Assembly (NCBI GenBank): GCA_964016885.1
Contig: OZ024744.1
Location: forward strand, 87,296,001 to 87,360,000
Direction: 5' to 3'
From: Eledone cirrhosa
Taxonomy: Eukaryota
DNA: 64,000 nucleotides
Shown here: positions 27,634 through 42,299 of the stretch, piece by piece
Layout of the letters: each line of letters starts with the position of its first letter
Numbering within the stretch: the stretch's first letter is position 1
Made by a program: the position numbers and the translations under genes
The notes under the pieces: generated by a model
Told to the model about the DNA's origin: nothing
Databases searched by the model: none
Seen by the model: the letters and a program-made list of their open reading frames with translations, nothing else

Positions 27634-29396
27634 TAATATTACTATTACTATTACTATTACTTATTATTGTTATCATTATATCATGCTATTTTATGAATTA
27701 AAATCTCTCATGTAGTTGGATGGGTTTTTAGGGACACAAGTGAACATTCGCTAAGAAACTTATAAACATATACGCAAACACACACACACACACGCGCACA
27801 CACACACACACACACACTATATATATATATATATCTCTCTCTCATAAATATATATAAATATACATATTTATAGTGTGTGTATACATCTATATAGTTATTA
27901 ATATAATATACACAGTTATGAATATGCATTTACAAGAAAACTCAACGCATACTGAATACTTGCAAACCTGTATATTGAAATCTATTTATATTTGTATAAG
28001 TATACATTTACAGATACAATATGTATATAAGTGCCATACACACTATGTATAATGCATGTAAATATATGTATGTATATCATATAACAAATTATATGAACCA
28101 ACACTTTATCATATATACTAACTATTTATCATATAATTCAAAACCTGAAATTTTAAACTTTTTTTTGTTGGACACCCTTTCAATGACAAAATCAAACTGG
28201 GGTTTTCCGCCATGTTATTTTGGGGAGTAATTGGAGTGGGAAATATTTTATATGCTGAGGCTAGTGGTGATTCTTTCCAGGAGGATTTGTTTTGTTTTTT
28301 TAATTATTTAGTCAGGAGATGAATGGCAGTGCCCATGACACTTTTCAATGTCTCCGAATCTGGTAGTTACCCAGAGTTGCAGTAACAGAATAGTTCTGCG
28401 TCGAAGGCCCAGATAGTATTGTTAAACGCATTGATGGATTGTCAAACACCAGATATGAGAAATGGTCATTCCGACGGATATCTGTCAACCAGATATCCCA
28501 TGCAAGCTACGGGGATACAAGAAGCTATATTAAAATTGAGGATAAAAGAGATATGACCACATGTCGTGCAGTGAAATTGCGCTCGAGACAGCACAGTTTC
28601 GAAGCGGTTAACTTGAGAACACAGCGATGTTAGAAAAAAGAATATATTTAATAAACTTTAAAATGTATGTGAGAGTTCGAAGCTGACATTTGCTGTGACC
28701 AAAATCTTGCGTTTACTTAGAAAGACTTATTATTATACATCACCAGTCTGCTATCACAAATAATATTTGATATGAAATTAAATAAAATAAAGAAATTAAG
28801 AAATCTTATATCTTCGTTGATAAAGAGATAAATTCTTTTTTTCTTTTTAATAAAAAAAAAAAATGTTTAGCTGGATATATATATTCCGGTGTCGAATTGC
28901 TAAAACACAATCACATGTAGATGAGATGAGGATTTTGTAACACCAGGCATATGGTGTATGTGTATATGTGCAATAGCTTACCATCAGTTTTATTTATGTG
29001 CTGTCCTAAACACACACACATACAAACATACCTCTCGCACACAACATACACACATGCATATATACATACATATATAAATATTTGTTCATATATATATACA
29101 CATGTATATATATACGTATGTACATGGATTAATGCTTGTAGAATTATTTTGGTTTGTTTGTTTAAAATTGAAAGACTACTCAAGAGACGATGTTAATTTG
29201 TATAAAGCAGGTGGTTCACTCTGTTAACTACGCAGAGGTTCCGCTGCACGCACAGACAAGCTCACCCATTTACAAATATATATATATATGCAAATGTATG
29301 CTTGTCAGTTCATGTATATAGACGATTACATACATATATACATACACAGAAACGAACAAACAAACACACACACATACATATATATCTCTAGAGATT

Positions 29397-29459
<63 letters not shown>

Positions 29460-29571
29460 ATATGTGTAAAAGCGTGTATGTGTAAAAATATACTAAACTA
29501 TATAGGAGTGCTGTACAGAAGTCACAATCCGTTTGTGTAAATGTGTTGTACGTATATATATTTAATATAGA

Positions 29572-29626
29572 AAAGCTTCTACAGGACTAGAACTGTTTCA
29601 TTCGTGAGAAATCATCAGGAGGCTCT
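29572..29626 (-). ncRNA. Type I hammerhead motif, family C
   Basis: Minus strand AGAGCCTC-CTGATGA-tTTC(TCAC)GAAt-GAA-ACAG(TTCTAGTC)CTGT-A-GAAGCTTT; hairpin stem III, GUA cleavage triplet. A homolog with mutated core (CTGGTAA) lies at ~2512-2557. Confidence 0.72.
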
Positions 29627-29678
29627 ATGTATTGCGTACCTCACACTTACTGTTACCCCCCGATTAAACCCGGAATAA

Positions 29679-29802
<124 letters not shown>

Positions 29803-29820
29803 TATATAAATATATATATT

Positions 29821-29874
<54 letters not shown>

Positions 29875-30146
29875 GGTGTGTGTGTATGTCTGTGTCCGTG
29901 TGTGACTGAATGACCACGTGCGTATAGACACACATGTATATATACGTATATAAGCGTATATATATATCAATTGTTAATACGTATGATGTATGTTTTTATT
30001 ATTCAGTTGTAAAATAATGCAAACTAATTTATATATCGGATGTATATTATATCGTTAAGGATTCAATGAAATGACACTATTTATGAGATATATACCAGTA
30101 TAGTATATCGCAATATCTATGCTAATAATAATAATAATAATAATAA

Positions 30147-30221
<75 letters not shown>

Positions 30222-30309
30222 ATAATAATAAATTTGAAGACTAAAATCCAAAGAGGGCTCGATAAGGATAAACATATATCAAATATATAAGAACCGTAGA
30301 GCAAATATT

Positions 30310-30599
<290 letters not shown>

Positions 30600-31009
30600 A
30601 TACCTAAAACAACTAGTACTGTTGTTTCACCAGAGCGAGCAATCCTATAATCAAAACCCGTCTGCACATTGTCAGTCTACTATCATCCATTCATATTATA
30701 TTAGTACATCGCGAATCTACTATTATAGAAGAAATTTGCACAAAGTGTCTTCACGGTGGATGCAAACCCATGCCTTCGCCAACATAGATAAGGATAAATA
30801 TTCTTCTTTATTGAGATAATAGTAGAATACATAGTGTATTTTCTTTTTATTTCGATTGTGTACATGGCTGGTTAGTTGGTTTATTGGTCAGATATATTTT
30901 TAACCGCATGCCTTTGTTATCACGCTGACACATGGTTTCGTATGCATCACAGTCGCGAACCTTTTTTCCAGATATTTAGATATACACCCACGTTGTCTAA
31001 TAGTGTTAT

Positions 31010-31618
31010 GTAAGATTCTTTTCTTTAAGAGTTCAAGATCCTCAGCTGTTAACTTTGCATTTCATCATTTCTGGGTCGATATAATAAAGTACCAGACAAA
31101 TATTAGGGTCGATTTCATCTACTTTCCCTTCCCCAATATTGCCGGCCTTGTGCCTATAGTAGAAATCATTATTATCATTATTATTATTATTATTATTATT
31201 ATGGATTAGCAGAATCAGTAGAGCGTTGGACACCATACTTCGCGGCATAGAGGTACGGTCATTTCCGTTCCGAGTTCAAATCCCGCAGAGGTTAGCTTTA
31301 CTTTTCATCCTTAGGGGGTTGGTCGATAAAATAAAATACCAGTAATGCACAGAGGTCGATTTAATCGACATTCCCCCTCTCCAAAAATTGCAGGCCTTAT
31401 GCCTACAATAGAAATCATCATTATTATTATTATTATTGTTTATTGTTTGAGGGCGGTGACTTGGCAGAATCGGTAGAGGGTCTGACGCCATGCTTTGAGG
31501 CATAGAGTTACGGCCCTTTCCATTCTGAGTTCAAATCCCACTGCCGTTAACTTTGCCTTTCATCCTTACGGGGTCGATAAAATAAAGTACCAGTAATACA
31601 CTGGGATAAAAACAATTA
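31010..31618 (+). mobile_element. Three tandem SINE family 1-related copies of differing divergence
   Basis: Cores at ~31040, ~31300 and ~31555, separated by (ATT)n tails. Confidence 0.82.
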
Positions 31619-31968
31619 TTATTATTGTTTTCCCATAACATATTTAATTCTAAATCCCTGTGCGTGAGATCTGTCCACTCTGCTAAAATGATTTGGGGTG
31701 GTGGATTTTAATTGCCCTAAGTTCCTCTGTTGCTAATAAAATAGCTCTCACTTATCTGTTTCTCAACTAGAAAAAGACATACATAGACGCACACATATAT
31801 ACGTACATATATGCATACATACTCACATTAACACGTAGATAGACACGCACACACACACACACACACATATATACCTTTTTATCTATCGACACACACACAC
31901 ACATATATATATGTATGTGTATATATATAAATATATATATAAGTGTGTTTGTATGTATATGTGTGTAT

Positions 31969-32000
<32 letters not shown>

Positions 32001-32336
32001 CATATATTTATATATATCATACATTCATAAATATATATTATGTGTTTGCGTATGTGTCTACAAATAAGCTCACTTTTTTTGCACATATTCCTATTGTGTG
32101 TGTGTAGGTAAACATATGTGATTACTTGTGTGTAGCACGCAACGCTAGTCTAATAGTAAGAATATCGTGGAATTTGCGCTTTAAAAAATTTGACTTTCTT
32201 AGCATTTATATATTCAATTTTAAACACATCTCGTTCCTAATTACTCCCATGAGTCACATTTATGTACACAACTACACGTAGATACATACACACACACATA
32301 CATATATATATATACACACACAAATATATATATGCT

Positions 32337-32374
<38 letters not shown>

Positions 32375-33054
32375 TTGTATACATGCACTTACATTCAGAT
32401 ACACTTACATTCACATTCGTATACATGCACTTACATACACATACAAAACGAGGGATCTTTTTCATTACCTATATATACACACTTACAGACACTAATTTTA
32501 CATTTAGATCCTTACTTTGCATACTGAAGCACTGTTCATTACTCGTAATGCATATAATTACATATACACATGTACGTACGTAAAAAAAAACACATTTTAC
32601 ACCTATACACGCTAGATATCCATTCCACGTACATACACATGCACGCATACATCAATATGTATTCACATACTGTACCTAACCTAAACATTAAACTATTCCA
32701 ATACTGGTAATAATGAGCAAAGTACTTAAGTGACACGGAAGTCGTTAATCCTTGAGACTGTAGCAAGTTACGAACTAAACACTGCACGGTACAAAATACA
32801 CAGCCCGCGTATACACACACACACACACACACAATTCTCTGCATCATAAGGCAAGTTGAAAGCACACACACACACACACATATACGCACACATACAGATA
32901 CACACATCCACATACAGACACACACATGCATATACACACGCACACGATCACACCAACATATATAAATCTGGTAAATCAAACTTGAAGTTAAAGTAAAAAT
33001 TGAAATAAAAAGCCCAGCCAACTAGAGTATATTGTCTTTCATTATATATATGAA

Positions 33055-33553
33055 GGGCGGTGAATTGTAAGTATCGGTAGAGGGTCGGGGGCCATGCTTT
33101 GCAGCATAGAGTTACGTCCCTTTACGGACTGAGTTCAAATCCCGCCGAGGTTAACTTTGCCTTTCATCCTTACGAGGTCGATAAAATAAAGTACCAGTAA
33201 TACACTGGGATAATTGCTGGTCTTGTGCCAAAAGAAGAAACAATTATATATATGAAGGGCTAACTTTGCCTTTCATCCTTACAGGATCGATAAAATAAAG
33301 TACCAGTAATGCACTGGGTAATTGCTGGCCTTGTGCCAAAAGTAGAAACAATTATATATATGAAGGGCGGTGGGTTGGCAGTATCGGTAGAGGGTCGGAT
33401 GCCATGCTTTCCAGCATAGTTACGTCCTTTTATGATCTGAGTTCAAATCCCGTCGAGGTTAACTTTGCCTTTCATCCTTACGGGGTCGATAAAATAAAGT
33501 ACCAGTAATGTACAGGGTAATTGTTGGCATTGTGCCAAAAGTAGAAACAATTA
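33055..33553 (+). mobile_element. Tandem array of three SINE family 1 copies
   Basis: 33055-33246 full, 33255-33353 internally deleted, 33365-33553 full; attatatatatga at every boundary. Confidence 0.9.
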
Positions 33554-33778
33554 TATATATGATACCAAATTTGGAACAGGCTCTTTAAATATTAATTTTT
33601 TTTTCTAAATTAATTTTTTTTATTTTATTTTATTTATTTATTATTATTTTTTTTTTAGGCACATATATTGCTTGTTTCTTGATTAATACTTTTGCGTTTA
33701 CTTCTTTTTTGAAAGAAAAAAAAATGAAGAAAAAGAAAAGAAGGAAAACACAAAATAAATAGAAAGAACAAAATAACG

Positions 33779-33819
<41 letters not shown>

Positions 33820-34607
33820 TTATATATATATATATATCGTTTATATAATTGTATTGATATATATTTGTAATTATATGTAAGTATGAATGTATATATAAAT
33901 GTGTGCGTGCGTGCGTCTGTATAACTTATGTATGTATAAATATCTATAGTTATATGTGTATGTATACATGTATGGTGTCTCTATTACTTTGGCACAACTT
34001 GGCACAATGCTCCTACGACATTTATTGTATGCGAAACTAATTATTGAAAAAAAAAAAAAAAAAATTCCGCAAAACAAAACAAAAAGACATTTAAACTTTA
34101 AAAAAAAAATCAACAACAAATAAACATGATATTAACAAAAATGTATTGATCGATCTTAATAAAGCTCCCGAAATTATGTCCTAATGCTTGTCACGTGTTC
34201 TTTTCATTTATTTCATTGTTTTTCAATTGTACAGTCAATCAACCAAGCGAAACACATTTTATTCTCTATTGAAATGTATCTATATATGTCTCTTTGCTCT
34301 CCTCATGATATAAGTTACATGCAGAAACTGAAGCAGAAAATTAAAAACAAGCCACTGATGAAGAATAATTCCCTTAATATGTGGGTATGTAAATATGTGT
34401 GTGTGTATATATATATGTATATATATATATATATATGTGTGTGTATCTATATATATATGTATATATAACCAAAGATTAATATGGTTCATTAATTACTCAA
34501 TTAATATAGTTTTACAATAGATTAAAAGCACTCTACAATAAAAGTTTTCTGGAATTATTATTATTCAGAATAATAATAAATGAAGGCATTCACACAATCA
34601 AAATATG

Positions 34608-34798
34608 TTTTATTATATATATTTCGAAGGTACTGTTCTGTTTTTTCAGTACGTCCTCGTTGATGTTGATATTGATTGCCGATACTGGAATTGAACTATC
34701 AAGACCGTTGAGGTATGTCATACATCAATTCATGTATTTTATCTGACGAGGACGTACTGAAAAAACAGCACAGTACCTTCGAAATATATATAATAAAA
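34608..34798. repeat. Inverted repeat around hammerhead A3
   Basis: 34608-34660 is the reverse complement of 34746-34798. Confidence 0.88.
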
Positions 34799-34800
34799 TA
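34735..34800 (+). ncRNA. Minimal type I hammerhead ribozyme motif, family A copy 3
   Basis: TATTTTAT-CTGACGA-GGAcGTACTG...CAGTACcTTC-GAA-ATATATAT-A-ATAAAATA; intact core. Confidence 0.78.
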
Positions 34801-34904
34801 TATATTTGTGTTTTTATATATATATACACACACACATATATATATATATATACGATATTAAATAAATGGACTTGTTGTATCCCAACAATTTTAAATAGAA
34901 CTTT

Positions 34905-34981
<77 letters not shown>

Positions 34982-35044
34982 TCATATATATATATATATA
35001 TGTATAATTATGAGTTCTTTGTATTCTTTGCCGTGTAAATTGAT

Positions 35045-35087
<43 letters not shown>

Positions 35088-35404
35088 CAAAGGAACCAGA
35101 TGGACCATAACGCACCAGAGTACTCGGTATTTTGGGTAATAGAGTGGGTAATAGGAAAAGAGTTAGAACCCCGGGGTTCTGACTCTTTTCCTATATATAT
35201 ATTGAAGATTTCTTTTCACCAATTCAGCATCAATCTAAAGCTCCGTCACATTTTTCTCACATGTGAAAATTAGTTATTTTAAAATACTTTTTTTAAATTG
35301 TCCGACCTTCATATGAGGTGCTAAGATGATTATTATTTATACTATTTATAGCAGCTAGAGTAACCTTAAATTCTCTCAAGTTTGAACGTGTAGATCAACA
35401 GTAT

Positions 35405-35590
35405 TGGTGGATTGTCAGTATCGGTAGTGGGTCGGACGCCATGCTTTCCAGCATAGTTACCTCCCTTTACGATCTGAGTTCAAATCCCGCTGAGGTTGAC
35501 TTTGCCTTTCATCCTTACGGGGTCGTTAAAATAAAGTACCAGTAATGCACTGGTTAATTGCTGGCCTTGTGCCTGAAGTAGAAACAATTA
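35405..35590 (+). mobile_element. SINE family 1 copy
   Basis: Head, core and tail all recognisable. Confidence 0.88.
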
Positions 35591-36189
35591 TTTGTTTATG
35601 TGTAGGTTATTCAATTCACCGGGAGAGTGGTCATGTGAACCTATACCTCTATGATAGTATATCATGGGCGGATACTGGAACTTTACATTTAGCGTTAAAT
35701 CTAATCCGGTGTCTATTTAGCTGTGAAACCAATCATATACGTCATTTTGCGTACCACTACATCTTTCAGTGCCACCTTGTCAATAAACGGTTGCTTAATC
35801 CTCCACTGGAACCTGGGTACGCGCCATCTCCTTCTGCTCATCAGCAATTAAATATAATGTATTTATCAAACAAGGAAAAGGAAATGTAGCTAGATAGATT
35901 ACCTGTTTTTCTTTTAAGATTTCGATGGTGTCCTACTATTAATGTGGCATCAGGAATATTCAAACAGCTGTTGTGGTCGTAGCTGATATTGTTGTTTCAG
36001 CCCCAAATCTGCCCTTTTTGAGAAATTCCTATGATAAAATGCTTTCCAGCTGACCATGGTTTCTTAATATTTGAAGTAGCGAATTTAAGATTACAATATT
36101 TAAGACTTAATCTCAAATGTAATTTTCCTTATTTTAAACGGCAGAGTGGAATTTATTGAAATAGGGCTGCTATTTTTAACAGGTTTAGT

Positions 36190-36395
36190 TTATCGGGATA
36201 TTTAAAGGACTGGGACGTTGTCTGTGACTGCGGCATCGAATCACAGACTACGCAGCACGTCCTGATATCCCCCAAGCCCAGCATTGGACTTGGCAGAGTT
36301 TAATGAGAAAGGACAGCAATGTGTTCAGCTGTAGCGTGACCACATGTAATCAAGTTTTGTAACTGACACTCTTGTGGATACAACAAGAAGAAGAA
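36190..36395 (+). mobile_element. 3' end of a Vingi/Ingi-like LINE
   Basis: Encodes VCDCGIESQTTQHVLISP (decayed CxC...H zinc motif); ends in a gatacaacaagaagaagaa (AAG)n tail. Confidence 0.55.
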
Positions 36396-36474
36396 TCGTA
36401 GAGAATCTCTTGTTTTCCCAAGAGAGTGTTAAATGTATTTGTTATAAGGCTGCAAACTATGTAATATTTAAACC

Positions 36475-36740
36475 AGAAAACAAGTAGTACATGTCGCTCT
36501 ACGACAGGTTTGTGGTCGTGCTCTTGTCAGTGGAGACCTCTGGTGTCCTTGGCCCTAGGGCTACCTAACTACTCACCACCATAGGCACTGAGCTGGCCAA
36601 CCACAGGTGTGAGCCTCGCGATTTGGAATGACTCTTCCAGCGCATCTTCCTTGCCATCCTCCGGGGAAACGCCTTCTCCATTCTGTCCGCCAGAGCTGTG
36701 GGGAGGCCAGCACGTGGGATCCCATTTGCTCACCATACAG
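36475..36740 (+). mobile_element. 3' fragment of CRE-like non-LTR retrotransposon, copy 2
   Basis: Homologous to 6345-6600; VETSGVLGPRA...LFQRIFLAILRGNAFSIL with stops. Confidence 0.7.
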
Positions 36741-37213
36741 AGAGATGGAGGGAATTCGGCTCTTCCATGTTCAGACCATATCCTTGTGGTTGTGTTCATC
36801 AAGCCGTAGTGCAGTAATGAAATTAAATGCCTCAATGATCACTTATATAAATTTACAGTTAGTGACAGAATTCTCAACGGCAATCTATATAATTCGTGAG
36901 AAATAAAAAGTGTTTAATCGTTCTTAATGCAACATCTTTTCCAGACTTTGAATTAGTTCGACGTTTCAAATATTATACATGTTGTCATTATTTTCTTCAT
37001 ACTCGCGTGTCTTGAGAAGACAAACAGCTAAAGTTTGCTGAATTAATTGTTAGTATCAGGTTTTCCTAGTAAAATCTACGTCGAATTTATTTATAAAATG
37101 TTTATTTGTGGAACCATATATCTACCGACCGGAAAGATGTAAATATATTGAGAGAAAAATATAACTCATAGAGAACAGAGACACAGCAGATACACAGACA
37201 GACATGCGTGCAT

Positions 37214-37377
<164 letters not shown>

Positions 37378-37646
37378 ATGTGTATATATATTTCTTTCTT
37401 TATTTATTTATATATATATACACACACACATATATATATATATGTATGCATACACACACATACACACATATATAATCATTAAGCAACTGCTTTTGAGTGT
37501 ATAAACATATAATCAAATAACTAAGTTGACAGAGAAAGTGGCACATTACGGAGCTAGAGACAGATAGCTATTAAAATACACACACATATACATACATATA
37601 CATACATATACATACATACATGCATACATACCTACATACATATGCT

Positions 37647-37683
<37 letters not shown>

Positions 37684-37686
<3 letters not shown>

Positions 37687-38035
37687 TGTTTCTTTATTAG
37701 CCACAGGGGCACAAAAGAAGGGGACAAATACAAAGGGGGAAGTTTACATACAATAAAAACGTGTAAAATGTTATCACAAATGCAATTTAAAAAATTAGTC
37801 GATTTTCCCCAATAGGGGGAGACAGTTTATATGGGTAACACATACCCCCTTCATCTCCAGGAGTTACGAACAGTTTGTACTCCTTTCCTCTTTTTCTCAA
37901 CCTACAGGCTGATATAGAGAGAAGGCCTATTCACTAGGGCCATTCTCGCCACTTTCACCCACCTTTCATAAAACTTGCTGGGGTACAGCACCTCTCTCTC
38001 CATCCTGATTCTTCTTCCAAAGTGGTATTTGAAAA

Positions 38036-38037
<2 letters not shown>
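37684..38037 (-). mobile_element. Severely 5'-truncated L1/Tx1-type LINE inside (GATA)n
   Basis: ORF2 C-terminus (FGRRIRMEREVL) plus 3' UTR; (GATA)n on both flanks. Confidence 0.85.
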
Positions 38038-38087
<50 letters not shown>

Positions 38088-38737
38088 ATAGATACCGAAT
38101 TTTACTGAAAGCGTGTCATGTCGTTGCTTGAAATTCTGATAATAGGGAATGCTTTAGCAAGTCAGAACTATTAAACAGCCTGTAATATGAGAGACAAGGA
38201 TCAACTTCACTTAAGATATTATACAACAATAGTTGATTCAATGTCGTAATAAATTATATGTTCTACAAATAAATAGCGGACTATCTAATAGAAACCTTGA
38301 GTTATTCTGGCAGTAATTGTCATTTCACTATTCCGTTGTTTCTCTAGATGCAAAGACATCTGAAATCCTTTCTGATTTGCCGGATGCACTAGTGAAGTGC
38401 ATCATTTAAATCCACCAATTTATCATGGAACCACTAGAATTGGTGATAGATATTCAGACATTTTAGCACACATTTATAAATACCTCCTCACACATACACT
38501 GGATACACAAAAGTATATGTGGTATAGTTTAACGCGCATGTTTGTGAGTGTCAGCCTTTGTGTATCAATGTGCATATGATTGTGTGTGTTTGTGTGTGTG
38601 TACTCATATGTTTGTGTGAATTGGCTTTACTTAATTCAAGTTTAGATTTCCCGTATAATTAGTATTTTTCGACAGCATACCTAGTGGTTAGTGTATGTTT
38701 GCACGCACAAACGTTCAACACACACACACACATACAT

Positions 38738-38842
<105 letters not shown>

Positions 38843-39809
38843 AATATATAACATTAAACTTAAGCTAAAAAAATGTCAATTTGATGGTATATAAGTCGGT
38901 TTTTCACAGTTCCCCGACCTGAGCAGATAATTTATTTATATATCTTATCCTTTGATTGACCTCTCTACGTATTAGAGACAGTTTACTTTATAAATTAATA
39001 TTAACTGCTACATCATCGTTGAGCATATTTAGACGGTTTTGGCTGCTATTTCCAGCGTCACTATAAACCCGTTTATTTGTCCTAATTCTTTGAGTTGGAT
39101 ATATTCATATAGTAATGGAGTGATACAATACATTGTTCACCATGGAATCTGGCAATGACATGGTATGTATAATATGTATTCAACTTGACCCCTTATTCCT
39201 TAGTAAGAATTATCCTCCTGATGAATGAACGGCAATTCTTCCAAGTCTTGGAAGGATTAGTGTTGTTTCTTGACTTCCAGAAACCATGATCGGGAAACTG
39301 TATATGTAAAACTAACTTATTTTAGCCGGTCTAGCTAGCATATAGGATTAAGGTCGATTTTCGGAATTTCCTCAACGGACTGCTGGCTGATGAGAGCTCC
39401 CTTTTCTTGAATTTGCTGATTATGGATTTAATATTAATCGATGATGGGCAGATTCTCCAGGACACTCGAAATATATCTCTACCATCGAAGACGTGGATTT
39501 TATATTACAGCGGATTTTTGTGTACTAAACTAGGAGGATACTGGTTGTTGCAATTGGTGAAATTGTCAGTACTTTGAGGTTTTCATATGCTAATCAGTCG
39601 ATAAAATAATTATACTGTTTTCATAGTTAGACTGCTTCCTGGGAAAGTTGTCTTACAATTAATCCTACTTCTTGAGCAAATTGTAAAGAACGAGATTGAA
39701 ATCACTGGATATCGATCTAAAACTTTGTATATATATTGTATATATATACATATTATTGAGTAAAATGACAGGAGGCTGGACTGGTGAAATTCCTCAACGA
39801 TTTATTACA

Positions 39810-39869
39810 AACACTATGCACATTTGAATGACCGGGTTCTGTAGGAACCCGGTGACATCATCAGGTGTT
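39810..39869 (-). ncRNA. Hammerhead motif with one core substitution (GAAA>CAAA), family D
   Basis: Minus strand AACAC-CTGATGA-TGtcACCGGGTTC(CTACA)GAACCCGGTCAtt-CAA-ATGTGCAT-A-GTGTT; probably inactive. Confidence 0.55.
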
Positions 39870-40470
39870 ACAACATTATCTTATAAAGGAATATACCTAA
39901 ATGAATATATATAAATGGAAGTTTAATAAAATCGAAGCTTCGGCTGTAGCCAAGCTAACGAAATACAATCAGGAATTATGCAGCCAAGCACTCCATGAGA
40001 ATCTCACAGTAATAACATTCGTTAGACGGCATGACACATTGAAAACTGTGGCAGGCAAGCCCAGCCACGACACCGAAGCAACGAAAAAAAACAACAAGTT
40101 AATAAACAAACCGGAACCATCTCGGAGGCAGATCGTCGTTTCTCTGAAAGGTTTCTATGAATCCAAAATCAACAATCCTACTTGCGCACGTATGCAAGTT
40201 TTTTGTGTTTGAAGACCGAACTGAGGATTCATGTTATCAACAGGTTTCCGTTCTGTGCCTTGACCTGGTGTGTGGTATGAAGTAGCAAGCCACTGTTGTT
40301 AGCAGTGGCTAATATCTCAACTATCACGTGCTTTTTCCCAACAAGGGAATTAACACTGGGTTTTTGGCGGGCAAATTCAAAATGTAAACAAGGGAAGTGT
40401 TTTCCCTGCACAAACCGAATGAGAAGCACTCGACCAGACGTTATTAAACAAACATAAATAATTAAACAAT

Positions 40471-40512
<42 letters not shown>

Positions 40513-40513
<1 letters not shown>

Positions 40514-41018
40514 TAGTCGAATTACCCGCACCTTGCTGCGTTTCACAGATTTTCTTTCACACATATATAAAAAAATGATGATTGATTTTAAATCAGTGAT
40601 ATAATTTATGGAGAAAAGCTCTGCATTCAATATGTAAAATGTAATGCATGAAAAATTGGAAAACATTATTTTTTGTAATATAACAAATCAAAATTAAATT
40701 ATTAAATCTTATTCTTATTTTGTTTCTTGTAAATAATTTTTTCAAAATATGAATTTAAAACTTCTGTCAATAGGCATCATATCTTGTTATTTACATTTAA
40801 ATTTCATATTTAAATTTCATATAAATCGAAGGGAAAACATTTTCAGCGTGGATCTTGTGTCCCTGGGAACCCTTTGATTAAAATGAAATATTCTTATCCA
40901 AGTACCCTGAGCAATGTAGTTTCAGAATATATATGGTTATGGGGTCTATCTTCAAAACCATAGGAGCAGTTCATGAACAAACAAACAAACAGACAGGAAT
41001 ACAACTTTATATATATAT
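40513..41018 (-). mobile_element. Probable non-autonomous Helitron
   Basis: Minus strand begins ATATATATAAAG...CTGTCTGTTTGTTTG and ends CGCAgcaaggTGCG-GGTAATTCGA-CTAA (subterminal hairpin + CTRR). The 5' TC is not seen. Confidence 0.55.
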
Positions 41019-41054
41019 CTTTAAAAGAATAGAGGTGTAACACACAAGTTATAA

Positions 41055-41436
41055 TATATTCGTAAACGGAATAGAAAATGCTGACAAATTGTTCACAATA
41101 AAAAATAGTTTAATTAGGAATAAGTGAAAATTAGTAATAGTATTGGTTAGTATTCAGTTTTGGTTTTAAGTTTTACTGGTTGCGCATTTCTAAATGCTTT
41201 TCAAAAATAATTTTGAGATAGAGCGTCCGTGATGTTTGCTCTGATCTGAAGAGCAAACATCACGGACGCTCTATCTCAAAATTATTTTTGAAAAGCATTA
41301 GAAATGCGCAACCGGTAAAACTTAAAACCAAAACTGAATACTAACCAATACTATTACTAATTTTCACTTATTCCTAATTAAACTATTTTTTACTGTGAAC
41401 AATTTGTCAGCATATTCTATTCCGTTTACCAATATA
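41055..41436. repeat. ~380-bp fold-back palindrome
   Basis: ~187-bp arms with a few mismatches and one indel; CTGAAGA at the centre and GAAATGCGCA in the arm. Confidence 0.92.
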
Positions 41437-41659
41437 TACAATTTAGCGAGAATCGCATTTCAGCAGTAGAAATTAGCGAAACGCAACTTCAATAATGTGC
41501 AGACAAGCGCTCCATGCATATGAAGAGGATAACAGAGCTATAAACATAAGTTAAAATAGTCATACACGCTGAGACGATGGTTAAGAAACCATAGCCACCA
41601 TAGCCAAAAAAGCGAACAAGCTAAACGGGTCAAACAAAATGAGATATGATTGAAATATA

Positions 41660-41706
<47 letters not shown>

Positions 41707-41759
41707 CGGGTTTAGATTGATATCCAGTGATTTCAATTTCATTCTTTACTCAAGAAGTA

Positions 41760-42205
41760 GGATTCATTGTAAGACAACGTTCCCAGCCAGATGTCTAAGC
41801 TATGTCCTCCGCGGGCTCTGCAGCCAGGACCACCATTTTCAGATCCAGTCCCAACGCATGGCTTCTCGTGTCATCCAGTGTGGATATCGTCCCACCTTGA
41901 TGAAAGCAGTCCTAACCCATACCCCTGATGCTGACTTGCTCAGTTCTATCTACCCCCCTCTTCTTGGACTTTCCCTGGCTCACATCACTGCTCTCATCCC
42001 CGCTGGAATACCTGTCCCTAAAAAAACAACTCTCACCACCCTCACACGTGCGAAACCCTTTTCCCTATTCACCACTCCTCAGCTTGCACCTCTACCAACC
42101 CCGTCTATACCCTCATGTGATTCCTTTGTGGGTCCATATACATCGGACAAAAAAGGCTGCCGACATCCGAAGAACATCCGACTGGAAAATACACTTTTGT
42201 CGCTC
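41760..42205 (+). mobile_element. Probable Penelope-like element remnant (RT thumb fragment + decayed hammerhead)
   Basis: VLRGLCSQDHHFQIQSQRMASRVIQCGYRPTLMKA resembles the PLE LRRICS...F...RGY pattern; followed by GACAAAA..CTGCCGA-CA...TG-GAAA..TTTTGTC at 42146-42201. Confidence 0.5.
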
Positions 42206-42299
42206 ACCTTTTTTGTATCCCTGTTCTCACACTCAAACACACTCAAACGCCCATATATACCAGCCAACATTCATATACCTATGCACGCACACATCTCTA

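Noticed and set aside
33041-33562. CRISPR-like repeat-spacer array
   Set aside because: Eukaryotic context; units are SINE copies; no cas genes.
39215-39420. Two CTGATGA heptamers
   Set aside because: No proper GAAA plus stem I/III pairing; compatible with chance.
41246-41312. Intact hammerhead in the 41 kb palindrome
   Set aside because: Stem II does not close cleanly and the A15.1-U16.1 pair is missing; at best a decayed motif.
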